DNA of 64,000 nucleotides, taken from positions 19,705 to 83,704 of the forward strand of contig JANNVQ010000002.1 in NCBI GenBank assembly GCA_031414535.1. The letters run 5' to 3'. The notes under the pieces are model-generated. The model did not search any database and was not told where the DNA came from. It worked only from the letters and a program-made list of their open reading frames with translations. The translations under genes were made by a program, and so were the position numbers. Positions 48,432 through 58,216 of the stretch are shown piece after piece. Within the stretch, counting starts at the first letter, position 1. Each line of letters opens with the position of its first letter. The DNA comes from Gemmatimonas sp. GTDB taxonomy: Bacteria; Gemmatimonadota; Gemmatimonadetes; Gemmatimonadales; Gemmatimonadaceae.

Positions 48432-49420
48432 GGCCGCCGCTCCGGCGGCTTCTTGCCGCGTAACAGGATGTCTGGACTCTGCTCCAGCGTTGTGGTAAGC
48501 AGCTGCAGCGCATCGGCTGCCTCCTTGAGACTCGCCAGCGCGCCTTGCAGTTCATAGCCAATGCCAGAGTCCACTGAGAGCAGGCCTTCGGTCTGCTCCA
48601 AAGTTCGACGCAAGACCTGCAAGGCTGTCGCCAACTCGGTGGTCGCGCGCTCGGCGTGGACGCCGATTGGCCCGATGGCGCTGTCGGCCGTGGTTGCGAG
48701 CCGTTCGACTGCCACCATTGTGCGCGTGACTTGTGCCGTTGCGACAGGCATTTCTCGAAGTGCTTGCCGAATCTCTGGCGCGTCCACGAGGCGCCGCACC
48801 GACTGCGCCGTGGACACCACCGCCGCATTAATCTCTGGCATGTCAATCTCGTCGAGCAGCGCGTTTACCTGAAACAAGACGCGCACAACCTCCTGGACCA
48901 CGCTGCCGGCACCCGTGCCAAGCGCGGACATCAGGGACGGCGTGGTCGGGAGCTCGGCGTATTTGGTCACGCGCTGCTCAAGCACCGGCGGAGCGGCTTT
49001 CGGGTTGTAGCTCAGCTCGAGATACAATTGCCCGGTGACCATGCTCTCCATCTGCAGCTGGACACGCAGGCCGTCTGCAATCTGCTCCTTGAGCACCGCG
49101 GGGTTCTCGAGGTCCACGAAGGAGCCGCGCAGGGTCTGCAGCTTCCGTAAGTCAATCTCGAATTCAACGGGAACTTGGAAGGTCTTGCCCACCCGATCGA
49201 TCTGAATCCCAAGCGACGTCACGTTGCCCACGGGCACACCTTGAAACTTCACCGGCGAGTCCAATTCCAATCCGTTGATAGACTCCCCGAAGAAGCTGAC
49301 GAAGGTGGACTCCTTGTGGAACCAGGTGGCCGATGCGAGCACGGCAAGGCCCCCAATGGCGATGACCACCGCGCCGATGAGGAAAGCACCGATGGCGGTA
49401 GGGTTGGCGCGCGCACTCAT
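48428..49420 (-). CDS. mlaD: MCE/MlaD-family protein
   Basis: GL...SPVKFQGVPVG.V, TGQLYLEL, C-terminal coiled coil. Confidence 0.85.
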   Translation of the reverse strand: MSARANPTAIGAFLIGAVVIAIGGLAVLASATWFHKESTFVSFFGESINGLELDSPVKFQGVPVGNVTSLGIQIDRVGKTFQVPVEFEIDLRKLQTLRGSFVDLENPAVLKEQIADGLRVQLQMESMVTGQLYLELSYNPKAAPPVLEQRVTKYAELPTTPSLMSALGTGAGSVVQEVVRVLFQVNALLDEIDMPEINAAVVSTAQSVRRLVDAPEIRQALREMPVATAQVTRTMVAVERLATTADSAIGPIGVHAERATTELATALQVLRRTLEQTEGLLSVDSGIGYELQGALASLKEAADALQLLTTTLEQSPDILLRGKKPPERRP

Positions 49421-50181
49421 GAGTTGCTCCCGCTGTCGCGCGTGAGGAAGCGACGGACTTCGTCGTTGGGCGGATTATCGCGTAGGTCCGCAGGCTTGCC
49501 CAGAGCGGTCATTGTGCGCTGAGAAATGTCGAGGAACAGCGCGCGGTCGGCGATCCGGAAAATGCTGGCGAGATCATGCGTGACGACGACAATCGTCGTG
49601 CCCAAGCTTCGTGCAAGCGCGATGATGAGGTCATCGAGGCGACTGGCCGAGATGGGATCTAAGCCTGACGAGGGTTCGTCAAAGAACAGCACCTGCGGAT
49701 CCAACGCGATGGCCCGTGCCAGTGCCGCACGCTTGCGCATTCCACCGGAAATCGCCGACGGATAGAACTCTCCGTAGCCGTGTAGGCCCACCAGCGAGAG
49801 CTTGAGCGCCACGACCTCGGCAATCACCGCTGGCTCAAGGTCCGAGAGTTCCTCCAGCGGCAAGGCCACGTTCTCAGCGAGCGTGAGGCCACTCCAGAGA
49901 GCTCCGTTTTGGTACAGCACGCCCATCTGTCGCAGTACGCGCTTGCGCGCCGTACCGTCCGCTTGTGAGAGATCCGTGCCATTGATGTGGACGACGCCTG
50001 CCGGTGAGTCCTTGAGCCCAATCAGATGCTTGAGCAGGGTGCTCTTTCCGCTGCCGCTGCCACCCATGATGACGAACACCTCGCCGCGAGCTACCGCGAA
50101 TGTGAGATCCTTCATCACGACGAGCGTTCCATATTGCATCGTCAGGTTCGTGACTTGCACGGGCGCTACTAGATGCTCCAT
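49417..50181 (-). CDS. mlaF: MlaF-like ABC ATPase
   Basis: GGSGSGKS, ISGGMRKR, DEPSSGLDP. Confidence 0.88.
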   Translation of the reverse strand: MEHLVAPVQVTNLTMQYGTLVVMKDLTFAVARGEVFVIMGGSGSGKSTLLKHLIGLKDSPAGVVHINGTDLSQADGTARKRVLRQMGVLYQNGALWSGLTLAENVALPLEELSDLEPAVIAEVVALKLSLVGLHGYGEFYPSAISGGMRKRAALARAIALDPQVLFFDEPSSGLDPISASRLDDLIIALARSLGTTIVVVTHDLASIFRIADRALFLDISQRTMTALGKPADLRDNPPNDEVRRFLTRDSGSNS

Positions 50182-51311
50182 AGCGCCGCCATCCAGTCGA
50201 CAACTGCATTCGCCACGATGATCATCGTGATGCCTAACACCACCGCGGATGTCGCGGCTTTGCCCACGGCACTCGCATCGCTGCCAGTACGCAGGCCGTG
50301 GAAGCAGCCGGCAAAGCCGATGATCAATCCGTACACCGTCCCCTTGAGGATGCCGAGCAAAGCATCCGAAAGTGCTACCGCACCCAGCATCCCCGTGAGA
50401 AACTGTGTGGCCGTGAGGTCAAGTAGCGTGACCGACACTAGGAGGCCACCGAGGATGCCCACCGCATCGGCGTAGAGCACGAGCAGTGGCATCATCACAA
50501 TCAGGCCGAGCATGCGCGGCAGTACGAGGTGGTCCACTGCCGACACACCCAGCGTCGCGTAGGCGTCGAGTTCTTCGGTGAACTTCATGCTACCCAGTTC
50601 GGCAGCGAAGCCTGCTCCTGTGCGTCCGGCAATGATGATGCCCGTCATCAGCGCACCCATCTCGCGAAGCATGCCGTAGCCCACCAGATACGAGACGTAG
50701 TAGCCGGCGCCAAAGCGCTCAAGGACGACGACGCCCAGGAACGCGATGATCACACCGACGAGCACGGCAATAAGTGTGACGATGGGGAGCGCGCCCGAAC
50801 TATTGGATTGCACCACCACCCAGAACGAGCGCCACTGCATTCGCGCGCGGCCGGTGAGCAGGCGCAGCAGGGACTCGGCGAGTTCTCCGAGGAACGTCAC
50901 GCCAGAAACAGTGGAATCCCAAGCGGCGAGACCTAGCAATCCAACCTTTGCGACGCCTGATGGTGGAGCGGCTGCGGGCTCAAGCTTGCGCTCTGGAACG
51001 GCCGCGGCGAGCGCAAGCATCTGCGTGACGTGTTCGGGAAGACCTGCAGTATCCACGGCGACATCGCGTGCGTGTGCATATGCCTGCGCTTCCTGCACAA
51101 AGATCAGGAGGCTGCTGTCCCACTTGCCAAGTGCTGCCGAGTCAAAGGCGAGAGTACGCGTGGCAACCGGCGCGGCGTCTAAAGCGAGAGCCGCAGCAAC
51201 TAGCGGCTCGAACTTGGGAATGCCGAGTTCAAGCCGCCAATCGCCTACGAGGTCCGTGATGAGCTGTGCGTCCTCGATCCGGACGGTCGCGCTCGAGCTA
51301 CCAATAGGCAT
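50169..51311 (-). CDS. mlaE: MlaE-like permease with N-terminal STAS-like domain
   Basis: REMG.LMT.IIIAGR.G..FAAELGSMK..EE.DA. Confidence 0.88.
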   Translation of the reverse strand: MPIGSSSATVRIEDAQLITDLVGDWRLELGIPKFEPLVAAALALDAAPVATRTLAFDSAALGKWDSSLLIFVQEAQAYAHARDVAVDTAGLPEHVTQMLALAAAVPERKLEPAAAPPSGVAKVGLLGLAAWDSTVSGVTFLGELAESLLRLLTGRARMQWRSFWVVVQSNSSGALPIVTLIAVLVGVIIAFLGVVVLERFGAGYYVSYLVGYGMLREMGALMTGIIIAGRTGAGFAAELGSMKFTEELDAYATLGVSAVDHLVLPRMLGLIVMMPLLVLYADAVGILGGLLVSVTLLDLTATQFLTGMLGAVALSDALLGILKGTVYGLIIGFAGCFHGLRTGSDASAVGKAATSAVVLGITMIIVANAVVDWMAALWSI

Positions 51312-51348
51312 CGCAATCTCTCGGAAGGTGCCTACACCTGCACAGCGA

Positions 51349-52170
51349 CTATTGCACGATGACAGTCGCGCTGTTCAGCGTGACTGCCGTTTGCGCGAGG
51401 AGGCGTCCGGTGGCGCGTGCGCCCGTGGCAAGAGAGATGCCAGTTTGCGAAAGGACCTGACCTTCCATACGCGCTGTCGTTCCAATCGTCACCGCACCAG
51501 CCACCTGCCAGTACACATTCGATGCCAACGCGCCGCCGCTGAGCGACACGCGCGTGCCGGATGCTTGCGTGACGCCGCCGGCAATCTGGAAGATCCACAC
51601 GTCGGTTGAAGAGCCCGAGAGTGTGACATTGGACGGAATGGTCACCGCAGACGACCACTTATACAGTCCGGCCGGCAGCGTCAGCCCGCCGATGTTACCG
51701 CTGGCGAGTTCAATGTGATCGGGCAACGTGCGGCCTGCAGCGTTGGTGTACGCGGTCTCCATTGCGCTGATTGCCGCGGTGAGATTTGCTGGCGTGGGAG
51801 CAGCGTAATCCGGCGCGAAGATACTGCCTGTGACTTGTGCAGACGTCGCGAAGGCAGCACCAGCACCGAGCGTGAGGGAGAACCCTGTAATGGCCGAGGC
51901 GGCCGCCGGGCTAATGCCCAAATTGCCGGTGATTGCGGAAGTGGGGACGCTGGAGATGCCAGTTTTGGCGAGAATCACGTAGCCACTGGCAGCGCCGAGC
52001 GGCACAGGTGCGGGTCCGCGACCGCCGGGACCGCTGCCTGGGCCCGCGCCTGGCGTTGTGGGCGACACATTCTCTGGGCCAGAGTCATTGCAGGCCATCA
52101 CGACCGTGCCGAACAGCAGGGCAGAGCTGAGCAGTGTAGCGGCAGAACGGAACATCGGGGCGGAGCGCAT
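51349..52170 (-). CDS. Ice-binding (DUF3494) lipoprotein
   Basis: ILAKTGIS, ITGNLGISP, DVWIFQIAG, NVYWQVAG, GRLLAQTAVTL; lipobox VMAC; AAGGA RBS before 52170. Confidence 0.88.
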   Translation of the reverse strand: MRSAPMFRSAATLLSSALLFGTVVMACNDSGPENVSPTTPGAGPGSGPGGRGPAPVPLGAASGYVILAKTGISSVPTSAITGNLGISPAAASAITGFSLTLGAGAAFATSAQVTGSIFAPDYAAPTPANLTAAISAMETAYTNAAGRTLPDHIELASGNIGGLTLPAGLYKWSSAVTIPSNVTLSGSSTDVWIFQIAGGVTQASGTRVSLSGGALASNVYWQVAGAVTIGTTARMEGQVLSQTGISLATGARATGRLLAQTAVTLNSATVIVQ

Positions 52171-52281
52171 ACAATCCTTGGATGATGAGACGTCGTGGGC
52201 CATCCAGATGCAGATGGCGAACCATGCATGGAGAATGGGTGATGGGCCGTCCTGCGGGTATCGCACGATGGAGGGATAGCC

Positions 52282-54021
52282 TCACCCGCTCGCCACCATG
52301 CGTTGTGGCACCCCTCGCCGATTCGTCAACGACACCAGTTCATGAGCCGGCAACGGCGGTGAGAAGTAGAAGCCTTGAATCTCATCGCAGGCGTGTGTGC
52401 GTAGGAAGTCGAGTTGCGGCTGCGTCTCGACCCCTTCAGCGATGACCGTCATCTTCAGAACGCGCGCCATGTTGATGATGGTTACCGCAATGGCAGCGCC
52501 GTCTTCATCGGTGGTGAGATCACGGATGAAGCTGATGTCAATTTTGAGCGTGTCGATGGGGTAGCGCTTGAGGTACGACAGGCTCGAATAGCCCGTGCCG
52601 AAGTCGTCTATGGCGATGAGAACGCCCAACTGCTTGAGCTGCCGCAGCACGGTGTCGGTATCATCGGTGCGCGACATCAGCGAGCTCTCGGTGATTTCAA
52701 TGTCGAGCGTGGCGGGCGGGATGCCGTTGGAGGAAATCGCGTACTCCACCTCGGCCACGAATCCGGGCTGCGCGAACTGCTTGCCGGAGACGTTCACCGC
52801 AACGCGAATATCCCCCAGGCCCGCGCGTGCCCACTCGGCGATCTGGCGACACACGGTCGCGATTACCCAACTGCCAACTGGCACAATCAGGCCGGTCTCT
52901 TCCAAGATGGGGATGAACTCCGATGGCGGCGTAATCCTGCCGTCGGCGGGGAGCCAACGGAGGAGCGCCTCCGCGCTCGACCAGTTGCCAGAGTCCACGT
53001 GCATCTTGGGCTGGTAGTGCAGGACAAACTCGTTCCGCTCGAGTGCCCCGCGCAGCGCGGTTTCCAGATTGAGTGCCTGTTGGGCGCGGGCGTTGGTCTC
53101 CGCCGAGTAGAAGCGACAGGTATCCCCCCCCACCAAGCGCGCTTCATCGAGGGCGCGCGCCGCATACACGAGAAGGTGGTCCGCGACAGCCGAGTCGGTG
53201 GTTGAGACCGCCATTCCAACGCTCGCAGTGACGGCGAGGTCGTGTCCGTCCACGCTCAGCGGCTGGCGCAGCGAGTCGCGCATCAGTTGGGCAATGGGCT
53301 GCGCGGCGCGCGGATTGCCGTCATCGGTAATCAGGAGCACCCCGAAGTCTGCCGCTTCGAAGCGCGCAATGGTCGTCATGGGGCCGAGGCAGGTGACGAG
53401 GCGCTCAGCGACGGCGGAGATGAGCACCCCACCATTGGCTCGCCCGAGCACATTGCTCACGACATTGAATCGGTCCAGCGAAACAAGCAGCACCGAGACC
53501 TGTTCGGTGGGTGAGGCCGGACGCGCGAGACGCTTGACGAGCAATTCGCAGAAGTGCCGGCGGCTCGGCAAACCGGTGAGAAGGTCGAACTGCTCCAGCA
53601 GCTTGTTGTACCCACGCGCCTCGCGGAGGAGAAGTCGGACCTCTAGGAGGTTCTGGATGCGCGTCACCACTTCGTGGTGGTCAAACGGCTTGCTGATGAA
53701 ATCGCGCGCCCCGGCCGCGAGGGCACGCAACTTGTGGGTTGGCTGGGCCGTCAGCACGACCACCGGAACGTACCCCTCTGTCTCAATCGCCTTGAGTTCC
53801 TCGAGAACCTCGAAGCCGTCCATTCCCGGCATCAGTAAGTCGAGGAGGATTAGGTCATACTGATGCTCCTTGTAGAGCGCGACGACGTCGCGCGGATGCG
53901 TCGTCGAGCTGACCGCCGTGAATCCGGCGCCGGAGAGGATCTTCTCTAAGAGCAGGACGTTCACCGCGGAGTCGTCCACGATGAGGATACGTGCATTCCT
54001 GATCTCGGCCGGGCCAATCAC
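52282..54021 (-). CDS. REC-GGDEF(degenerate)-EAL c-di-GMP phosphodiesterase
   Basis: Receiver DD/D/K residues; GGDEF replaced by EAADF; EAL and DDFGTGYSS intact. Confidence 0.88.
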   Translation of the reverse strand: MIGPAEIRNARILIVDDSAVNVLLLEKILSGAGFTAVSSTTHPRDVVALYKEHQYDLILLDLLMPGMDGFEVLEELKAIETEGYVPVVVLTAQPTHKLRALAAGARDFISKPFDHHEVVTRIQNLLEVRLLLREARGYNKLLEQFDLLTGLPSRRHFCELLVKRLARPASPTEQVSVLLVSLDRFNVVSNVLGRANGGVLISAVAERLVTCLGPMTTIARFEAADFGVLLITDDGNPRAAQPIAQLMRDSLRQPLSVDGHDLAVTASVGMAVSTTDSAVADHLLVYAARALDEARLVGGDTCRFYSAETNARAQQALNLETALRGALERNEFVLHYQPKMHVDSGNWSSAEALLRWLPADGRITPPSEFIPILEETGLIVPVGSWVIATVCRQIAEWARAGLGDIRVAVNVSGKQFAQPGFVAEVEYAISSNGIPPATLDIEITESSLMSRTDDTDTVLRQLKQLGVLIAIDDFGTGYSSLSYLKRYPIDTLKIDISFIRDLTTDEDGAAIAVTIINMARVLKMTVIAEGVETQPQLDFLRTHACDEIQGFYFSPPLPAHELVSLTNRRGVPQRMVASG

Positions 54022-56165
54022 GGGTGTGCTCCATGTGCGCCGCTGCGGCGCTGGCGCGCGGTCGCGGCGGTCAGCGCATCGGTGAGCGCCTCAAAAAAGT
54101 CCGGGACGCGTACTGGCTTGGTCAGGTAGCGGAAGAAGCCCGCCTGGATGCCGCGCGTGATGTCTCGCTGCATCGCGTTGGCACTCAGCGCGATGACAGG
54201 AATCTTCGCTGTGGTCTCGCCATCGAGGAGAATGCGCAGCGCGTCAAATCCGCTCAGCCCCGGCAGGTTGATGTCCATCAGAATCACATCGGGAAGCTTC
54301 GCCCGAGCAATGGCGATGCCTAGCGTGGCGTTGTTCGCGCTCAACAGCAGCAGGTCAGGGCGTCGCGCCACCAACTGTTCAATCAAGAGCAGGTTGGCGG
54401 GATTGTCCTCCACGTACAGCAGAGTTCGTACGGCCTTGGGGATGTTAGCTGAGGGGAGCGGTGCTGACGACGGCTCTACGTCATCTGCTGCCTCCGGCGC
54501 TGCTGCAGACATGGTGTTGATGTCAATCCAAAAAGCGCTGCCGACGCCAACCGTACTTTCGACGCCAATGCGCCCATGCATCAACTCGGTGAGCCGCTTG
54601 CTCACGACCAGCCCGATGCCGGTGCCTTCTTCACCGCCTAGCTCCTGGCCCAGCCGATTGAACGTCTGAAAGAGCTGCGCCACTTGTGAGGGGTCGAGTC
54701 CGGCGCCCGTGTCGCGCACCGTGATGCGAACCTGGTCGCCATCAATCGGCCTTGCCTCCACGCTCACGGTACCATCCGCGCGATTGTACTTGATGGCATT
54801 CGAGAGGAGGTTGATGAGCACCTGTTTGAGCCGCGTACGGTCGGCGTGTACCGTGAGCGGCTCGGCGAACGTCGGGAAGTGCGTAGTCACGCCGTGTTTG
54901 GTGGCTTGCGAGGCAATCATGTCGCGACACTCTGCGAGCACGTCCGCCAACGCTACGGGTTCCATCGAGACCGTAATGCGTCCGGACTCAATCACCGCGA
55001 GGTCGAGGATTTCATTGATGAGGTCGAGCAGGTACCATCCGGCCTGAAGCACTTGGTCAATGTTGGCCTTCTGCGCCGGGCTCGGTGCCGGTGTGTCCGA
55101 TTCCATCAGCTGGGCAAAGCCGATGATAGCATTGAGCGGCGAGCGGAGCTCGTGGCTCATGCTGGAGAGGAACTCTGACTTGGCCAGATTCGCCTTCTCG
55201 GCCACTGACTTGGAGCTTTGGAGTTCCACATTCTTTTCGAGCAACGCTTGATCGAGGCGCTTGCGCTCAGTGACATCACGGGCCGCTGCGAAGACGCCTT
55301 GGAGCGCACGGTTACGATCGTAGAAGGTCGTAGCGTTGTAGGAGACGGTTGTCTCCTTGCCATCGCGGGCCCGCGCCGTCAGCTCGAAGTCGGTGACTTT
55401 CTTCTCGCGAAGCGCGAGCGCGATGCCTGCTTGAGCCTTTTCCGGGTCGGTGAAGTAATCTTTGAATGGCGCGCCAATGAGTTCGTCCCGCGTGCAGCCC
55501 GTGAGCACTTCCATCTGCGAGTTCACGTCGCTGATGATGCCGGAGGGGTCGGTGGTCATCAAGGCGTCAATGTTTGACTCAATCAGCGAGCGGGTGTAGA
55601 ACTGCTGGTCGCGGAGCCGTTGGTCGAGCTTCTTGCGCTCCTCCTCTACTTGATTGCGCGCGGTGTTGTCTGTGCCAATCAGCAGGTATCCGATGATGGT
55701 CTCCTGCTCATCACGCAGCGCAGTGACGGAGACGACCGCTGGAAAGCGGCTGCCGTCTTTGCGGACGTACGTCAGCTCGTAGATGTCCTCAATTCCGCGT
55801 GAGGCCTTAAACACGAGTGCCTCGAATCCAGGGGCGATGGCCTCGCCAAGTTCGGCGCTGAGCGCTTTCGCGCGGGCAATCACTCCTTGAGGATCAGAAA
55901 TGTCGGCTGGGGTGATGGTGTTCACCACTTCCGCAGCGGTGTAGCCGAGCATGCGCTCCGCACCGACGTTGAAGATTTGAATCACCCCCTTGGCGTCCGT
56001 CGCGATACTCGAAAAGATGGCGCTGTTGAAGATGGCGCGCTGCAGCGCTTCGGCCGTGAGTAGTGCTTCACTGTGCCGTGTCGCTGCTTCGTCGGGTGGC
56101 CGGTCGGTTGGCGCACTTGGAAGAGTCGGCATCGAGTCGTCAGGGGCGGGGCGTGCCTGTGGCAT
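54018..56165 (-). CDS. Cytoplasmic hybrid histidine kinase PAS-PAS-HisKA-HATPase-REC
   Basis: MSHELRSPLN, NLLSNAIKY, DTGAG, GTGIGL, C-terminal receiver. Confidence 0.92.
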   Translation of the reverse strand: MPQARPAPDDSMPTLPSAPTDRPPDEAATRHSEALLTAEALQRAIFNSAIFSSIATDAKGVIQIFNVGAERMLGYTAAEVVNTITPADISDPQGVIARAKALSAELGEAIAPGFEALVFKASRGIEDIYELTYVRKDGSRFPAVVSVTALRDEQETIIGYLLIGTDNTARNQVEEERKKLDQRLRDQQFYTRSLIESNIDALMTTDPSGIISDVNSQMEVLTGCTRDELIGAPFKDYFTDPEKAQAGIALALREKKVTDFELTARARDGKETTVSYNATTFYDRNRALQGVFAAARDVTERKRLDQALLEKNVELQSSKSVAEKANLAKSEFLSSMSHELRSPLNAIIGFAQLMESDTPAPSPAQKANIDQVLQAGWYLLDLINEILDLAVIESGRITVSMEPVALADVLAECRDMIASQATKHGVTTHFPTFAEPLTVHADRTRLKQVLINLLSNAIKYNRADGTVSVEARPIDGDQVRITVRDTGAGLDPSQVAQLFQTFNRLGQELGGEEGTGIGLVVSKRLTELMHGRIGVESTVGVGSAFWIDINTMSAAAPEAADDVEPSSAPLPSANIPKAVRTLLYVEDNPANLLLIEQLVARRPDLLLLSANNATLGIAIARAKLPDVILMDINLPGLSGFDALRILLDGETTAKIPVIALSANAMQRDITRGIQAGFFRYLTKPVRVPDFFEALTDALTAATARQRRSGAHGAHP

Positions 56166-56319
56166 AGGTGAATAGTCATCGCGCGTATCGACCCAGAGTA
56201 TCGCTACAAAGGAGTACTGCGGTCATCCCTATAGAAGGCGATACCCACTGCTGATGCGCTCGGGTACTGTCCGTGCATCCCCTCGAATCGCACGATCATG
56301 TGCTAGGTGACCAGTCTCA

Positions 56320-56736
56320 ATGCGTCGCGTCGTGCTCGTTGCGCTCCTCTTTGCAGTCGCCGCGTGCGCGGACCGCTCGCCACTCGCGCCCGACGCGTTT
56401 GGCCGCGCGCCCTGCCGCCCGCCGAGTGAGCTGGTGGCGATGGTCATCACGCCGCCGTTTGCACCGCTCGCCATGCGAAGTGCTTTGATTCACTCCGCGG
56501 ACGCGCTAACGCTCCTCATCGTTGGTACGCCACAACGCGATCTCCAAGTGGCATTCCGTTCGGCCGCGACGAAGATCGAGATTGGCGATTACGACAGCGC
56601 GTGTCGGTTTGTTGCGCTTGCCTACGGCGTCTTGCGGACACTCCCGCCCACGCCGGCGACGCTGCCGGAGCGTGATGCCATGCGCTTGATTCTCGCGCTC
56701 ACGGCGCAGTCGCTTTCCGGGTTCGGCCGCGAATGA
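56320..56736 (+). CDS. Hypothetical lipoprotein
   Basis: Lipobox VAAC; overlaps the next ATG. Confidence 0.6.
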   Translation: MRRVVLVALLFAVAACADRSPLAPDAFGRAPCRPPSELVAMVITPPFAPLAMRSALIHSADALTLLIVGTPQRDLQVAFRSAATKIEIGDYDSACRFVALAYGVLRTLPPTPATLPERDAMRLILALTAQSLSGFGRE

Positions 56737-57326
56737 TTGCGCGCGGCGTTCTTCTCTTGTTGCTAGTGGCGGCACCTGTGGCAGCGCAAGTCTGTCTCGG
56801 TGGCACTGAAGAGTCGGCGGGACGCGTGGCCGTCGCCGTGGGCCGCGCCGCCGAGGGGGCATCGCTCGTTGGCGGGGACTTCGCGTGGCAACTCGCTCCG
56901 AGCGTCGCGTTGTTTGGGGATGGCGATGTCACGGTGTACCCGAATCCGTTCCCGCACCGTGATCGCTTGGCGATTGGGGTGGCGTTTCTGATTGCGGGCG
57001 CGCCGCGGGTGAGCGTGTGCTTCACACCGGCCATCGAGACTGAGCGCATTGATGAGTTTCATGTGCGTCGCATCCCTCTGGGACTGGCCGTCGGCTGGTG
57101 GATGCCGCTCAGCGGGGATCAGCGGCGACTGGAAATGACCGTGGAGCCGTTCTTCGTCCACAGCCACGAATGGATTGGAGCGTTTACACGCCAGTCGAAT
57201 TTTGTGTCGGGGCGCGCAGGGATGGTGCGGGTGGTACGACGCGTGCTCCTTGGCGTGGAGTACGAGCATGCCTTTGACGACGACGCGCGCTGGCATCTCC
57301 GCGCTCGGCTCGGCGTCACGTTTTAA
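56733..57326 (+). CDS. Hypothetical small outer-membrane beta-barrel
   Basis: Signal peptide, amphipathic strands, C-terminal ARLGVTF. Confidence 0.6.
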   Translation: MIARGVLLLLLVAAPVAAQVCLGGTEESAGRVAVAVGRAAEGASLVGGDFAWQLAPSVALFGDGDVTVYPNPFPHRDRLAIGVAFLIAGAPRVSVCFTPAIETERIDEFHVRRIPLGLAVGWWMPLSGDQRRLEMTVEPFFVHSHEWIGAFTRQSNFVSGRAGMVRVVRRVLLGVEYEHAFDDDARWHLRARLGVTF

Positions 57327-57367
57327 TGAGGGCGCGTCGCGTCCTCTTCTCGCAGCAGAGGTTTCAT

Positions 57368-58186
57368 ATGAGACAGCATCGGATGATTGGGTGGGCGCTG
57401 GCGGTCCTTGCGGGTGTGTGTATTCCCTCGATGATTGAGGCGCAGGTACCGGTGAACGTGGTGTATAGCGCGTGCTATGTACCGGCGAGTGGCACCGTGT
57501 ACCGAGTGGGTGAGGTTGGGATTGCGGCGACGTGCTTGGCCGCGGACCACGTGCGTTTTAGTTGGAACTCGAGCGGGGCGGGGGCGGCGGGACCTGCGGG
57601 ACCAGTGGGACCAGTGGGACCTGTGGGACCAGTGGGACCGGCTGGAGCGGTTGGCGCCGATGGTGTAGCAGGCGCGACAGGCGCGACTGGCGCCACGGGC
57701 ACAGCTGGCGCTGCTGGTACACCCGGTGTCACCGGTGCTCCGGGTGCGGTTGGCGCGATTGGTGCGACGGGCGCGATTGGTGCGACGGGCGCGATTGGTG
57801 CGACGGGCGCGGCGGGAACTCCTGGCGCCGCGGGCGCCGCGGGTGCCACGGGTGCCGCTGGCCCGGCTGGTGCAAATGGAGTTGACGGTGCCGTCGGCGC
57901 CTCCGGCATCCTCGTGGTTCGCTCGGGCACCGTCACTGTCGCGGGCGCGCCGCTCACGTTCCCTGTCACGTTCACGACGCCGATGGCGAACGCCGACTAC
58001 AGCGTCTCGCTCATCACGAACGGCATCAGCGGTACCGCCGTCGTCACGTTCGGATGTATGTGGCACATCGACTCACAGACGGCCGCCGGATTTATCTTCA
58101 GTTGCCGCGATGCGACCGCTGGCGGAACCGCCTACGCGCTCGTGAACGCCTCAGTTATTGCTTACGTCGCTGTGCCACACCAGTGA
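57368..58186 (+). CDS. Secreted collagen-like protein
   Basis: Signal peptide, two-Cys N-domain, ~36 uninterrupted Gly-X-Y triplets, beta-rich C-domain. Confidence 0.85.
   Translation: MRQHRMIGWALAVLAGVCIPSMIEAQVPVNVVYSACYVPASGTVYRVGEVGIAATCLAADHVRFSWNSSGAGAAGPAGPVGPVGPVGPVGPAGAVGADGVAGATGATGATGTAGAAGTPGVTGAPGAVGAIGATGAIGATGAIGATGAAGTPGAAGAAGATGAAGPAGANGVDGAVGASGILVVRSGTVTVAGAPLTFPVTFTTPMANADYSVSLITNGISGTAVVTFGCMWHIDSQTAAGFIFSCRDATAGGTAYALVNASVIAYVAVPHQ
57752..57805 (+). repeat. 3 x 18-bp perfect tandem repeat within the collagen gene
   Basis: GGCGCGATTGGTGCGACG x3 (GAIGAT). Confidence 0.85.
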
Positions 58187-58216
58187 TGCGATGGTGCAAG
58201 CAACACCGCGCGACGA

